Shown one piece after another: positions 36,777 to 46,687 of a stretch of DNA of 64,000 nucleotides; within the stretch, counting starts at the first letter, position 1; every line of letters begins with the position of its first letter. The stretch is from the NCBI GenBank assembly GCA_037190965.1, contig JBBCKI010000018.1, positions 1 through 64,000 on the forward strand, given 5' to 3'. Source of the DNA: Chthoniobacteraceae bacterium. Lineage in GTDB: Bacteria; Verrucomicrobiota; Verrucomicrobiia; Chthoniobacterales; Chthoniobacteraceae. The notes under the pieces were generated by a model. The model saw only the letters and a list, made by a program, of their open reading frames with translations, was not told the DNA's origin and did no database searches. Made by a program: the position numbers and the translations under genes.

Positions 36777-38417
36777 ATGCCTGCCAATGAAGAAATCATC
36801 CCCCCGATCCGGGTGCTTCTGGTGGAGGATAACCCGGGCGACGCGCGTTTGATCCATGAGCTTCTTGCCGAGGTGGAGGGGCGGTTCGAACTGGAAACCG
36901 TCTCGCGGCTGGCGCAGGCGATGGAGCTGCTGGCGACGGACCGCTTTCAACTGGTGCTCCTCGATCTCTCGTTGCCCGACAGCTTCGGGATAGAGTCTTT
37001 CCGGAAAATGGTGGCGGCCTATCCGCATGTTCCGCTGATTGTCTTGAGCGGGCTCGATGACGAGCAGCTTGCCGTCCAGACCGTACGCGAAGGGGCGCAG
37101 GATTATCTGGTCAAAGGCCATGTGGATCACCACACGCTGGTCCGCGCAATCCGATACGCCCTCAAGCGGGCCGAGGCCGACCGGGCGTTGGCCGATGAAC
37201 GCAACCTGCTCCGCAGCGTGATCGGTAATCTGCCTGATTCAATTTGTGTGACCGACCTTCAGGGGCGTTTCTTGCTCGATAACCTTCCCCATGTCCGCTC
37301 GCTCGGAAAGAATTCTGCGGACGAAGTTGTCGGGAAAACCGTCTTCGATTTTTTTCCGGAGACAGTCGCCGCAAGAATTCGGGAAGAGGATAACGAGGTG
37401 GTTCGCACCGGGATTCCGATTCTCAATCGGGAGGAGGTGCAGCCTGCGCTCGCCCCGGGGACTTCGGGAGGGGTGCGTTGGGTTTCGACCACCAAAGTTC
37501 CCCTGCGGGACAGCGAGGGGGAGGTGATCGGGGTGGTCGGGATCTGGCGTGACATCACCGAACGCAAACATGCCGAGGAGCAGCTCTTCCGCTATAATGA
37601 GGAAATCCGTGAGCGCAATGTGGAACTGGAGGATGATCTCCACATGGCTCGGGAGATTCAGCAAGCCTTCCTGCCACAGCAATACCCCACCTTCCCGCGT
37701 CGGGCCACGCCTGCGGAAAGCGCGCTCCGTTTCTACAGCCGCTATATTCCGACCACGGCGGTCGGCGGCGATTTTTTCCACGTGCTGCCGATCTCCGACA
37801 CCAAGGCGGGCATCTTCATTTGCGACGTGATGGGCCATGGGGTCCGGGCCGCCCTGGTGACGGCCATTCAGCGGGCGTTGATGGAGGAAATGATGCCCGC
37901 GGCGCACGACCCGGGGCGTTTCTTGACGGAGATCAACCGCGCGCTTCTCTCCATCCTGCGCCGGGCGCGTACTCCGATGTTCGCCTCCGCGTTTTATCTC
38001 GTCGTCGATGTGGAGGAAGGGGTCTTGAGTTACGCCAACGCCGGACACCCAAGGCCACTGCATCTTCATCGCGAGACGGGCACGCTGGATTTTCTCGCTT
38101 CCGACCGCGCGGGCCCCGCGCTCGGCGTATTTCAGAACACCGTGTACCAAACCCGTTCACGCGCGGCTGCGCCCCATGATCTGGTCATCCTCTTCACCGA
38201 CGGACTTTACGAGGTCGAGGGGCCCAACGAGACCTTGTTCGACCAGGAGAGGCTGCTCAAGCTGATCGGCCGCCGTCTTTACGAACCGTCGGAAAATCTA
38301 ATTGAGGATACTCTTGCCGAGATTCAGGACTTCGCCGTCAATCATGCTTTCGATGACGATGTCTGTCTGGTCGGCGTCGAGATCGAGCGCGTCCATGCCG
38401 GGGCATCCGCGGGTTGA
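36777..38417 (+). CDS. Response regulator with PAS and PP2C/SpoIIE phosphatase output (RsbU-like)
   Basis: REC (LLVEDN, LLDLSLPD, GAQDYLVK); PAS; VGGDFF, DVMGHG, NAGHP, FTDGL, DDVC. Confidence 0.93.
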   Translation: MPANEEIIPPIRVLLVEDNPGDARLIHELLAEVEGRFELETVSRLAQAMELLATDRFQLVLLDLSLPDSFGIESFRKMVAAYPHVPLIVLSGLDDEQLAVQTVREGAQDYLVKGHVDHHTLVRAIRYALKRAEADRALADERNLLRSVIGNLPDSICVTDLQGRFLLDNLPHVRSLGKNSADEVVGKTVFDFFPETVAARIREEDNEVVRTGIPILNREEVQPALAPGTSGGVRWVSTTKVPLRDSEGEVIGVVGIWRDITERKHAEEQLFRYNEEIRERNVELEDDLHMAREIQQAFLPQQYPTFPRRATPAESALRFYSRYIPTTAVGGDFFHVLPISDTKAGIFICDVMGHGVRAALVTAIQRALMEEMMPAAHDPGRFLTEINRALLSILRRARTPMFASAFYLVVDVEEGVLSYANAGHPRPLHLHRETGTLDFLASDRAGPALGVFQNTVYQTRSRAAAPHDLVILFTDGLYEVEGPNETLFDQERLLKLIGRRLYEPSENLIEDTLAEIQDFAVNHAFDDDVCLVGVEIERVHAGASAG

Positions 38418-38435
38418 GGTGAGTCGCCGGATCGC

Positions 38436-38602
38436 CGGCCCACAAGCGCGAGTTGAGAAGAAGAAATAGAGGGCCTTTGGCCATGGGCGTCGTCGTGGAA
38501 CTCCGCCCTCCAAGCTATCGCGCGACAAGCGCGCCGGGCGAGAGGTTCTTGATAAAAAGTGTGGCAATACCCATCAACGGAGGGCGGAGCTCCGCGACGC
38601 CG
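38436..38602. repeat. Family C REP doublet with ~80-bp flank shared with 46870-46948
   Basis: CACAAGCGCGAGTTGAGAAG...AGGGCCTTTGGCCAT...CTCCGCCCTCCA matches 46875-46948; second unit GGAGGGCGGAGCTCCGCGACGCCG at 38579. Confidence 0.75.
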
Positions 38603-38650
38603 TACTCCTTGCAGCCGAAGGCTCACTTTTTATCAAATCTTAAACACAAC

Positions 38651-39331
38651 CTAGTGCGCACGTGCGCGAAGCTTTGCTTCTTCGAGCACCGCTTGCTCTT
38701 CCTTGGCCAGGCCGCAGCGCACTAGTGACGTCAGCAGGCGTGGAAGTTCTTCCGGGGGCGTCAACGCGGCGAGGGCCCCCGCGGAGTTGCCCAATCGAAG
38801 TTCTTTGGCGACGGTGAGCGCTTTTTGGTCCGCAAAGGGAAAGAGTTCATTCCAGGCGATCTGCATCTCGCGAAAGAAGATATCCGCGCCGACATCGCCG
38901 ATCCCTTTGAATTCTTCGATCAATTCGCGTTCGCGCGCCGGGTCGTGGTGGGCCGCCTCCCTTAAATTGCGTAGATCGCCGCCGTATTTATCCAGGATCA
39001 GCTCCGAGGCGTTCGCAAGTTTGGTCGAAGTGCTCTCATCGTAGCGTGCATAGCCGGATTCGTTGAGAGTGTGGGTGCGATCGGCCCATTCTGCCGCCAC
39101 CATTTTTTGTGGAGTCGTCCACCCCCGCCGCGCGAGAGCCTGGGCCGCATGCACCGCGACGGATGCGCTGATCCGGGTGCTGAACAGCAGTGTCGCGCAA
39201 AGCCAGCGAAACAGGGACGAAGGCCCCGGTTTGCTCAGGTCAATGCCCAGTTCCTCGGAGAACGTCTGCCCATACCGTTGCAACAGGACGTCTACGACTC
39301 TGGATTGATGGGTTTGCTTTACCACGGCCAT
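38651..39331 (-). CDS. Helix-hairpin-helix (endonuclease III-like) protein
   Basis: LFRWL..LFS.RI, GYARYDE, KYGGDL, EFKGIGDVGADIFFRE HhH motif. Confidence 0.7.
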   Translation of the reverse strand: MAVVKQTHQSRVVDVLLQRYGQTFSEELGIDLSKPGPSSLFRWLCATLLFSTRISASVAVHAAQALARRGWTTPQKMVAAEWADRTHTLNESGYARYDESTSTKLANASELILDKYGGDLRNLREAAHHDPARERELIEEFKGIGDVGADIFFREMQIAWNELFPFADQKALTVAKELRLGNSAGALAALTPPEELPRLLTSLVRCGLAKEEQAVLEEAKLRARAH

Positions 39332-39445
39332 GGTGCTCAGGCGTCTTCAGATTCGGTCTGTCATTTGCTTTCGTGTGCCGGTGCTTGCATGGCTCTATCT
39401 TCGATGATACGGCCGGATTCGCCGGGACGCAGGATTCCTGGTTCT

Positions 39446-40369
39446 ATGGATACTCGCTCTCCCATCCTTGTCTCGGGGGCGGCAGGCCGTTTGGGAGCCG
39501 TGGGCCGCACCATTGTGGAAATCCTTCGCGAGCGTGATCTGCCCGTTCGCGCGCTTGTCCGGCGCGAAGATGAACGATCGCAGGCGCTGCGGGCGATGGG
39601 GGCCGAAGTCGTCGTTGGCGACCTGACGTGCGCGCGCGACGTCGTGCGGGCTCTGAAAGGGTGCAGACGGATGTATTTTGGCATGAGCATCTCGCCGTCC
39701 TATCTGGATTCCACGGTAATAACCGCCGCGGCAGCGAGGACGCAGGGCGACCTGGAAGTGTTCGTCAATATCTCGCAGATGACCGTCTCCCAGATGAGCC
39801 TGACGGAAATGACGGACTCCCTTCAGCAACGGCAGCACTGGCTGGGCGAGCAGGTGTTGAACTGGTCGGGGTTGCCCGTCGTTCATGTTCGCGCCACGGT
39901 GTTTCTCCAGCACTTTTTCTTTTTGGCTTGGGCCGCTGAATCTATCGCGAAGGACGCGACGATCCGTCTGCCCTTCGGCGCCGCGCGGACGTCGCCCGTT
40001 GATCCCCGGGATGTCGCGTCGGCGATTGCCAATATTCTGGAAAGCCCGGAGGGTCACATCGGAAAGGTTTACGAACTGACGGGGCCGCGCTCTCAGGATA
40101 TGGCTGCCCACGCGGCGGAATATTCCTCAGCATTGGGGCGTTCCATTACCTATGTCGATGTGCCGCTGGAGCAGTGGAGCAAGGACGAGCTTGGCCGCCG
40201 TGATCTGCCGCAACATGTCTTCAATCATTTGCTAACCATGGCCAAGCTCCATGCCGACGGGCGTTATGATCGCTTTTCGGAAGATGTCGAGATCCTCACC
40301 GGAAGACCCGCGACGAGTACCCACGACTTCGTGGCACGTCATGCGGCCATGTTCAAGCCGGAGTCGTAA
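39446..40369 (+). CDS. NmrA-family NAD(P)H-binding protein
   Basis: ILVSGAAGRLGAVG, VRALVRR, EVVVGDL, DVASA, YELTGP. Confidence 0.88.
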   Translation: MDTRSPILVSGAAGRLGAVGRTIVEILRERDLPVRALVRREDERSQALRAMGAEVVVGDLTCARDVVRALKGCRRMYFGMSISPSYLDSTVITAAAARTQGDLEVFVNISQMTVSQMSLTEMTDSLQQRQHWLGEQVLNWSGLPVVHVRATVFLQHFFFLAWAAESIAKDATIRLPFGAARTSPVDPRDVASAIANILESPEGHIGKVYELTGPRSQDMAAHAAEYSSALGRSITYVDVPLEQWSKDELGRRDLPQHVFNHLLTMAKLHADGRYDRFSEDVEILTGRPATSTHDFVARHAAMFKPES

Positions 40370-40443
40370 ACGATCGAATGGCGTCAGGCAAAATCTGCCG
40401 GACGCCATTCAGTTTCGAGTCCTATGCCGTTTCCGGCGATTGA
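40367..40443. repeat. 77-bp direct repeat, copy 1 (contains terminator-like hairpin)
   Basis: TAAACGATCGAATGGCGTCAGGCAAAATCTGCCGGACGCCATTCAGTTTCGAGTCCTATGCCGTTTCCGGCGATTGA; 71/77 identical to 44120-44196 by manual alignment. Confidence 0.92.
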
Positions 40444-40456
40444 GCGGAGTTCGGAA

Positions 40457-43400
40457 TTAAGGATTTACACTCAAGCCCGAGAGACGAACGCTCTTGTTGG
40501 GTACGTCGACAACTCGATCAGCTTGGACAATTTTTTCGCGGAGTTCGACCACGACACGTTTGACCCGCACCGGATAGGCGGGAACACCCTCTCCCGAAAC
40601 CCGCCAGTCGCTTTGCTGGGGGGCGTGATAGCCACTGATATGTCTCGCCGGGAGATCGAGGGAAATGTAGTTCCAGCCATCGAAGTTGATGAACGTGTGC
40701 GCCTTCCAGTCGCCGAGGCTCCACCTGTCGTCCAGCGCTCCAATGCTGAAAAAACGCTCTCCTTTGGCATCTTCCAACTCAAAAAAGACCCTTCCCCAGG
40801 AAGAGTTCCCTTTCACCCAAACGCCAATTGACTTCGGTTGCCCGGCGATCTGCAGGGGCCGACGCGGCTTGAGCGCGACGTAGCGGGTGATTGGCCACGG
40901 CACATCGGGCTGTGCTTCCAGCGTCAGCTCGATGGCTTGTCCTTTCTCGTCATCCGCGACGTTTTTGGCCGTGATTCTGCCAGGCTGGCGAGGGAAGTCG
41001 AAATGGGCGGTATCGAGTTCGTTGTCGGCTTCATGGCTAACCTCCCAGTCGGCCAGATCGCCAAGCGTGCTGACCACGGCGGGCGCCTGTTTTGGCAATT
41101 CGCATTTCGTGGGGCCGCTGCTCACCCCGGCAAGCGGAACGGAAGAACGGAGATAGAGCGGCGAGGCACTTGCGATCATTTCCGCCTGGCGCGAATTGAC
41201 CGCGGGATTGCTGGATCGCCCGTTCATGTCCGTCATCCTTGGCGAAGAGGGATCGCCATCAAAAGTGACAGTGACTTTCTTTTCCCCACGCGGAATCCAA
41301 ATGGCGTAAACCCATTCATTTCCCTTCTTGAACTCCGAGGCGAAGAGGGTAGGCGAATCGGTAGGAAGCGACCGTTTAAACTCCGCCTGGTCAAGTTCCT
41401 GCGTTAAAACCGCCATCGCCACATAACTTGGCTTTGGAGTGAGCAATGGGTAGCGGTGGGTCAAGCCGCCCGACCCCCAGCGGCTATAGTAATAGGAATC
41501 TCCCACGTCGGTGATCACTCCTGGGGCGATGTTCGGGGCGCGGAATGCCAACGCAATGAGGGTATCGCGGGTGTAGTACTGGGCCTGCTCCAGTTCGGTC
41601 AGCCCCCCCGGATTCGTGTTGCGTCCTTTCCACTCATAGCAAGTCATGACCCCCGCGTTGTAGTTATACTTCTTTGAGTATTGATCCAGCCAGTATAGCG
41701 TTCCCTGGGAGCTGGTGGAGGGCCCCTCGGGCGGCTGGGTCTGGCCAAGCTCTTCGTCGCCCCACGCGTCGACATACTCACGGGGATAACCGTTCTGCAT
41801 CAAGCCCTGGGCAAACTGGAACCCTCCATTGCCGACGACGAGCTTCACGTCCGGATACTTCTCGCGAATGTATTTACTGTAGGCAACCGCGCGATTCATG
41901 GTGTTATTGAACGCCGTGTGTTGCTTTTCCGTCAGCTTTGGAACTTCCTTGCCGACAAACTCCTGGGGGAAGTCCTTGTTCTCTCCGAAGCTGGTTTCGT
42001 GATAGATTACCGCCCACTTGAGTCCGGGGTGCTTGGCGACTGCCGCGTCAAATTTTGCGGCATTTTTCTCCAGCGGGCCGGAACCACCGTACCAAGGATA
42101 CATGCTCCAGCTTAGATTGTATTTCGCGAGCGTCTCTCCATCCGGGTCTAAGCTGCCTCCCGGTGAGAGGTGACGGAAACCGAGCCTCTGAAAGAGCGGT
42201 CCAATGATATCGAGCGATTTGGTCCCGATGTGCGTCGATCCAAACCACCAGGTGCAATAGGGTGACTCGTTACCTGCCTTGCGGGTATCGGGCGCAAGGA
42301 CCGCGAGGCTTGTAGGCCCTTCCCACACGGTCTTTCCATCCGCGCCATGCAACGTCAACTCGGCCTGAAACCAACCCAGCCCCAAGTCCGGCAGGTCCAA
42401 TGCGAGGCGGCGCGGTTCGGTGTCTCCGGGAACGTCCACCTTGCGTTCGCCTGTAGTCGTCTTTCCGTAGAAATCGGTGATCTTCCAACCTAATGTCCCT
42501 GTGAACGGCTTGCCGTTACGGTTGATCATCTCAAGATCAAACCCCGGCCGCTCATTGGGATAGAAAATGTGCCCCGTCTTGCGTGGGATCGCGCGAACCT
42601 TGATCGGGGCGCGTTCGAGCGTGAGCCCAACCACCTGGATGCTGCTCGGCTTGCCCAGCGGTTTGGTGGAGTGGACCGAGTAGTTCAAGGAGCGTTGAAG
42701 ATGGAGTTCTTTTGTCAGTTCAAGATCGAGATACTGCCCCGAGCGCCCCCAAACGATCTTCTTGTCATCAATCACGTCGACGATTTCGCCGCTCCTGAGG
42801 GGAACTTCGACCTGAAGCAGCGGCACCTCCTGCTTCTTGCCCGCCGCATCCTCTACTTTGACCGTGCCAACCTGCCTGATTCCGTCAGGCCACTTTCCGT
42901 CTTTCTGTTGCAAACGCACGACGGAATCGGAGATCCCGTCTCCTCGTCCTCCTTCGTCTCCGCTATCGTTGAGAAAGCGAGTGAGGCGCAGCGTGAGGAC
43001 CGGGGTTTTTTGTGGATCGGGAATTGCCACACAAAGAAGATGCGCCCGAGCATAGTCATCGGAAGGGATCGCGAGCAGGAGGTTCTCCTCGACGTTGTCG
43101 AAAGAGCTGCGCGAGTAGTAGGTATCCGCAAATTCCTCCGGTCCCCGCTTTTCTCCAAGCCAGCGCGACTTGCCGACGTCGATTTCATCGCCCTCGGCTG
43201 CGATCGAAAACGGCACCCCGTTCTTCACTTCTGTCACGCTGCGTTTTAGATCCGCTCCGGAAATTTTCGCGCCGGGCCGACGGTAACCGCGCAGGTTAAC
43301 CTCCACGTAGCGCTCGCTTTCGACACCCAAAGGCCGCGTTTCAATCCCGGCGAGGGTGACTCCCTCCGGAAGATCCAATTGCAACGCCCCCGGCGAAGCC

Positions 43401-44011
43401 ACTTGCGCCTGGCCGACGAAGCGGTCGTCGATCCAGATTCCGACGTTGTTTCCATTCACCTCGGTTCGAATGGCCAGATCACGCGCGGTCGCCGCCGGGT
43501 ATTTTTCCCATCGGTCAAGGATCGGTTTGCGCTCGTCACCCTTGTAGTTCACCGGATTGGGACGCACAAAATAGCGTTCATTGAATAACACCTCGCCATC
43601 CGGCGCTTTCAGAACAATCCGCACACAGGCATCCGCAAGGGGAATCCATGGTTGAGGCTCTGGCAGCTGCAGTTCGGCATTCTCGGCCGTGAGCGTCACC
43701 TCAAGTCCCTTTTGATCTGCACCGTTGATGCGAATGACCGCGGTGCGCTTCACCGCCCCCAACTGAAGCCGCAACTCTGCCACGTTGCGGTGCGCTAGAT
43801 TTTGCGTAGCGAGGACTCTCTCTTGAACGGTGCGCCGCTGCCCGGATACCGCGAAACTTCCTTCCGTGACGGTCAATTCGCCTTGGTTGTTGTTTTGGGC
43901 CTTGGTTGTCTTGGTGCCCGCAGGGGCTTTCTCTTGGGGATCGGCAGAAGCGCTCTGTCCGGCAAGGTTCATCAGTAGCGCGAGCAAAAGGATCGGTTTG
44001 GCTCGATTCAT
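40457..44011 (-). CDS. Large secreted protein (1184 aa), possible glycoside-hydrolase-like
   Basis: Signal peptide; beta-rich modules; central region ending TPKPSYVAMA, reminiscent of clan GH-A-like barrels; C-terminal CBM-like segment (IGVWVKGNSS...FDGW). Function is inference. Confidence 0.65.
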   Translation of the reverse strand: MNRAKPILLLALLMNLAGQSASADPQEKAPAGTKTTKAQNNNQGELTVTEGSFAVSGQRRTVQERVLATQNLAHRNVAELRLQLGAVKRTAVIRINGADQKGLEVTLTAENAELQLPEPQPWIPLADACVRIVLKAPDGEVLFNERYFVRPNPVNYKGDERKPILDRWEKYPAATARDLAIRTEVNGNNVGIWIDDRFVGQAQVASPGALQLDLPEGVTLAGIETRPLGVESERYVEVNLRGYRRPGAKISGADLKRSVTEVKNGVPFSIAAEGDEIDVGKSRWLGEKRGPEEFADTYYSRSSFDNVEENLLLAIPSDDYARAHLLCVAIPDPQKTPVLTLRLTRFLNDSGDEGGRGDGISDSVVRLQQKDGKWPDGIRQVGTVKVEDAAGKKQEVPLLQVEVPLRSGEIVDVIDDKKIVWGRSGQYLDLELTKELHLQRSLNYSVHSTKPLGKPSSIQVVGLTLERAPIKVRAIPRKTGHIFYPNERPGFDLEMINRNGKPFTGTLGWKITDFYGKTTTGERKVDVPGDTEPRRLALDLPDLGLGWFQAELTLHGADGKTVWEGPTSLAVLAPDTRKAGNESPYCTWWFGSTHIGTKSLDIIGPLFQRLGFRHLSPGGSLDPDGETLAKYNLSWSMYPWYGGSGPLEKNAAKFDAAVAKHPGLKWAVIYHETSFGENKDFPQEFVGKEVPKLTEKQHTAFNNTMNRAVAYSKYIREKYPDVKLVVGNGGFQFAQGLMQNGYPREYVDAWGDEELGQTQPPEGPSTSSQGTLYWLDQYSKKYNYNAGVMTCYEWKGRNTNPGGLTELEQAQYYTRDTLIALAFRAPNIAPGVITDVGDSYYYSRWGSGGLTHRYPLLTPKPSYVAMAVLTQELDQAEFKRSLPTDSPTLFASEFKKGNEWVYAIWIPRGEKKVTVTFDGDPSSPRMTDMNGRSSNPAVNSRQAEMIASASPLYLRSSVPLAGVSSGPTKCELPKQAPAVVSTLGDLADWEVSHEADNELDTAHFDFPRQPGRITAKNVADDEKGQAIELTLEAQPDVPWPITRYVALKPRRPLQIAGQPKSIGVWVKGNSSWGRVFFELEDAKGERFFSIGALDDRWSLGDWKAHTFINFDGWNYISLDLPARHISGYHAPQQSDWRVSGEGVPAYPVRVKRVVVELREKIVQADRVVDVPNKSVRLSGLSVNP

Positions 44012-44059
44012 GGGGGTGACTGGTTGGTTTGTTAATGAATTCCTCTCCGAACCTGAGGT

Positions 44060-44083
44060 ATTGCGTGTAATAACGCAATTACA
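44060..44083. promoter_or_regulatory. Operator-like overlapping palindromes upstream of the 1184-aa gene
   Basis: TGTAAT-N6-ATTACA (44066-44083) overlapping ATTGCGT-N6-ACGCAAT (44060-44079). Confidence 0.45.
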
Positions 44084-44119
44084 AACCTCATGACTTCGTG
44101 CGCGTCATGCCGCCTTTCC

Positions 44120-44196
44120 TAAACGACCGAATGGCGTCAGGCAAAATTTGCCGGACGCCATTCAGTTTCGAATCCTATGCCGTTTTGGGCGACTGA
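44120..44196. repeat. 77-bp direct repeat, copy 2 (directly downstream of katA)
   Basis: TAAACGACCGAATGGCGTCAGGCAAAATTTGCCGGACGCCATTCAGTTTCGAATCCTATGCCGTTTTGGGCGACTGA. Confidence 0.92.
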
Positions 44197-44200
44197 TTCA

Positions 44201-45676
44201 CTAGCTTAATTGCACGGGAAGGTCTTCCATCGGGATCCCGAGCGCTTTGGCGACGCCGGTTCCATACGCAGGATCGGCGCGGAAGAAGTGGCAGAGTTGG
44301 CGCATTACAATAGGCTTTGGCACGCCTGCCATTGAACGGCCGATGTTGCCAAACAGACGCTGCTGGGCCGCCGCGTCCATGAGCCGGAAGAGATCGCCCG
44401 CCTGCGTATAGTCATCGTTGCCGTCGCGGTGATTGTATCGGTCGGCATTGCCGTCGATGCGGAGCGGAGGCTCGGCGAAGGCGGGGCACTGCTGCGGGCC
44501 GTTGAAGCTATTGGGCTCGTAGTTGACGCCCTTGCTCGCCTTGCCAAGCTGCATCGCGCCGTCGCGTTGGTAATTGGCGTAGGGGCATTTTGGCGCGTTG
44601 ACCGGGATCTGGTGATGGTTGACCCCGAGGCGGTAGCGGTGCGCATCGGCATAAGCGAAGATGCGCGCCTGAAGCATCTTGTCGGGGGAGTGCCCGATGC
44701 CGCGCACGATGTTCGAGGGCGCGAAGGCGGCCTGTTCCACTTCGGCGAAGTAATTCTCGGGGTTCCGGTTCAACTCCAGGATGCCGACCTCGATGAGCGG
44801 GTAATCCTTATGCGACCAGACCTTGGTGAGGTCGAACGGATTCCAGCGGTATGTTTCAGCTTCCTTTTCCGGCATGATCTGGACGCAGACGCGCCAGCGC
44901 GGGAAGTTGCCTTTCTCGATGTTCTCGAAGAGATCGCGCTGTGCGCTCTCGCGGTCCTGGCCGACGACCTGGGCGGCCTCCTCGTCGGTGTAGAAGGTGA
45001 TGCCCTGGAGCGATTTGAAGTGGAACTTCACCCAGAAGCGTTCCCCCGCGTCATTGTAGAAGCTGTAGGTGTGCGAGCCGAAGCCGTGGATCTGGCGGTA
45101 GTTGCGCGGCAGGCCGCGGTCGCCCATCAGGATGGTGACCTGGTGCAGCGATTCGGGCGAGAGGCTCCAGAAATCCCACGCGGAGGTTCCGTTGCGGAGA
45201 TTCGTTTCCGGGTCGCGCTTCTGCGTGTGAATGAAATCGGGGAACTTGAGCGGATCGCGGACGAAGAAGACCGGCGTGTTGTTGCCGACGAGGTCGAAGT
45301 TGCCTTCCTGCGTGTAGAATTTGAGGGCGAAGCCGCGCACGTCGCGCTCCGCGTCGGCCGCGCCGCGCTCACCTGCCACGGTGGAGAAACGAAGAACCAC
45401 CGGTGTTTCCAGCCCGGCTTTGCTGAAAAGGTGCGCGCTGGTATAGCGGGAGAGGTCGTTGATAACCGTGAAGGTGCCGTGAGCGGCGGAGCCTTTGGCA
45501 TGGACAATCCGCTCCGGGATGCGCTCGCGGTTGAAGTGGGCGAGCTTTTCAGTCAACCAGAAATCCTGCATGAGAACCGGGCCGCGGGGGCCTGCGGTCA
45601 GCGAATTCTGATTGTCGGGCACAGGAGCGCCGGCGGCGGTGGTGAGCTGAACAGGTTTTGGATCGGTATCAGACAT
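44201..45676 (-). CDS. katA: Monofunctional heme catalase (small subunit)
   Basis: [44 protein letters not shown]. Confidence 0.97.
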   Translation of the reverse strand: MSDTDPKPVQLTTAAGAPVPDNQNSLTAGPRGPVLMQDFWLTEKLAHFNRERIPERIVHAKGSAAHGTFTVINDLSRYTSAHLFSKAGLETPVVLRFSTVAGERGAADAERDVRGFALKFYTQEGNFDLVGNNTPVFFVRDPLKFPDFIHTQKRDPETNLRNGTSAWDFWSLSPESLHQVTILMGDRGLPRNYRQIHGFGSHTYSFYNDAGERFWVKFHFKSLQGITFYTDEEAAQVVGQDRESAQRDLFENIEKGNFPRWRVCVQIMPEKEAETYRWNPFDLTKVWSHKDYPLIEVGILELNRNPENYFAEVEQAAFAPSNIVRGIGHSPDKMLQARIFAYADAHRYRLGVNHHQIPVNAPKCPYANYQRDGAMQLGKASKGVNYEPNSFNGPQQCPAFAEPPLRIDGNADRYNHRDGNDDYTQAGDLFRLMDAAAQQRLFGNIGRSMAGVPKPIVMRQLCHFFRADPAYGTGVAKALGIPMEDLPVQLS

Positions 45677-45726
45677 AAAGTTTTCCAGAGGTTCGGGTTG
45701 AGCCCAAGATGTAGCACGATCTCTGG

Positions 45727-45774
45727 ATAGGTTTGAAATATCGGTTTCCTATCGGTATGATAGGTGATTCCTAT
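45727..45774. promoter_or_regulatory. OxyR binding site between divergent katA and oxyR
   Basis: ATAG-N7-ATAT-N7-CTAT-N7-ATAG-N7-CTAT, matching the ATAG/CTAT 11-bp-period OxyR box. Confidence 0.8.
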
Positions 45775-46654
45775 GGAGTTTCACCAAATTCGTTACTTTC
45801 TCGCTGTCGCGAGAACCGCCAATTTCAGCCGCGCCGCGAGGGACTGCCACGTTTCCCAGCCTTCCCTGAGCCAGCAGATCATGAAGCTGGAGGATGAACT
45901 TGGGGAACCGCTCTTTCACAGGCAGCCGCAGGGGGCCGCCCTGACGGGGGCGGGGCATCTGTTTCTCTCGCACGCGGAGCGGATTGTGGTGGAGATGGAG
46001 GAGGCGCAACGCCGCGTTCGGGAGAGCGGCGGGAGCGTGCGCGGGCGGTTGATGCTGGGGGCTCTTCCGACGATTGCTCCCTACCTCCTTTCCAGGCTAC
46101 TGGTGCCGTTTGCCAGGGAGTTCCCGGAGGTGGAGGTCATCGTTCAGGAAGAGATCACGCCGCGCCTCGTGGAGGCGGTTCATTCCGGTGATCTGGATCT
46201 CGCGCTTCTCAGCCTTCCCGTGCCGGGGGCTGCACTGGAGCGGGTGGAGCTTTTTGAAGAGCCGCTGTTGCTCGTTGTGCCGAAGGCGCACCCGTTGGCT
46301 CGCAAAAAGCAGGTGGTGATGGCCGATCTCCCCCAGGAGAAATTCATCCTGATGCAGGAAGGGCATTGCCTCGCCGATCAGGCGTTGGAGTTCTGCCACA
46401 CCCGAGGCGATTTTTCCCCCAGCGTAAGTTGCCGCAGCGCGCAGATAGCGACGTTGCTCGCGCTGGTGGAAACCGGGTTGGGGCTTTCCATTGTGCCGGA
46501 GATGGCGGCAATCCCAAAAAAAGGGGTGGTCTATCGTGAGATCGGACCGACGCCGCCGAAACGGAAGGTCGGCTTTGTTTGGCGGAGCAACCGGTTTCAG
46601 CCGTTGGCGGCGGCGAAGTTCGTGGAGCGAGCTTCCTCGACGTTTTGCGAATAG
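45773..46654 (+). CDS. oxyR: Hydrogen peroxide-sensing LysR regulator OxyR
   Basis: LysR HTH (CHVSQPSLS), LPTIAPYLL, EGHCLADQALEFC with both redox cysteines; divergent from catalase. Confidence 0.9.
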   Translation: MEFHQIRYFLAVARTANFSRAARDCHVSQPSLSQQIMKLEDELGEPLFHRQPQGAALTGAGHLFLSHAERIVVEMEEAQRRVRESGGSVRGRLMLGALPTIAPYLLSRLLVPFAREFPEVEVIVQEEITPRLVEAVHSGDLDLALLSLPVPGAALERVELFEEPLLLVVPKAHPLARKKQVVMADLPQEKFILMQEGHCLADQALEFCHTRGDFSPSVSCRSAQIATLLALVETGLGLSIVPEMAAIPKKGVVYREIGPTPPKRKVGFVWRSNRFQPLAAAKFVERASSTFCE

Positions 46655-46687
46655 TGTCCTGAGTCAGAGAAGTCTCGTAATATTTCC

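Noticed and set aside
34877..36799. 640-aa minus-strand ORF
   Set aside because: Shadow of the histidine kinase.
40367..44196. Integron attC interpretation of the 77-bp repeats
   Set aside because: AAAC...GTTT flank the hairpin but do not fit RYYYAAC/GTTRRRY; there are only two copies and no integron integrase in view.
44429..45730. 433-aa plus-strand ORF
   Set aside because: Well-known type of antisense shadow of catalase.
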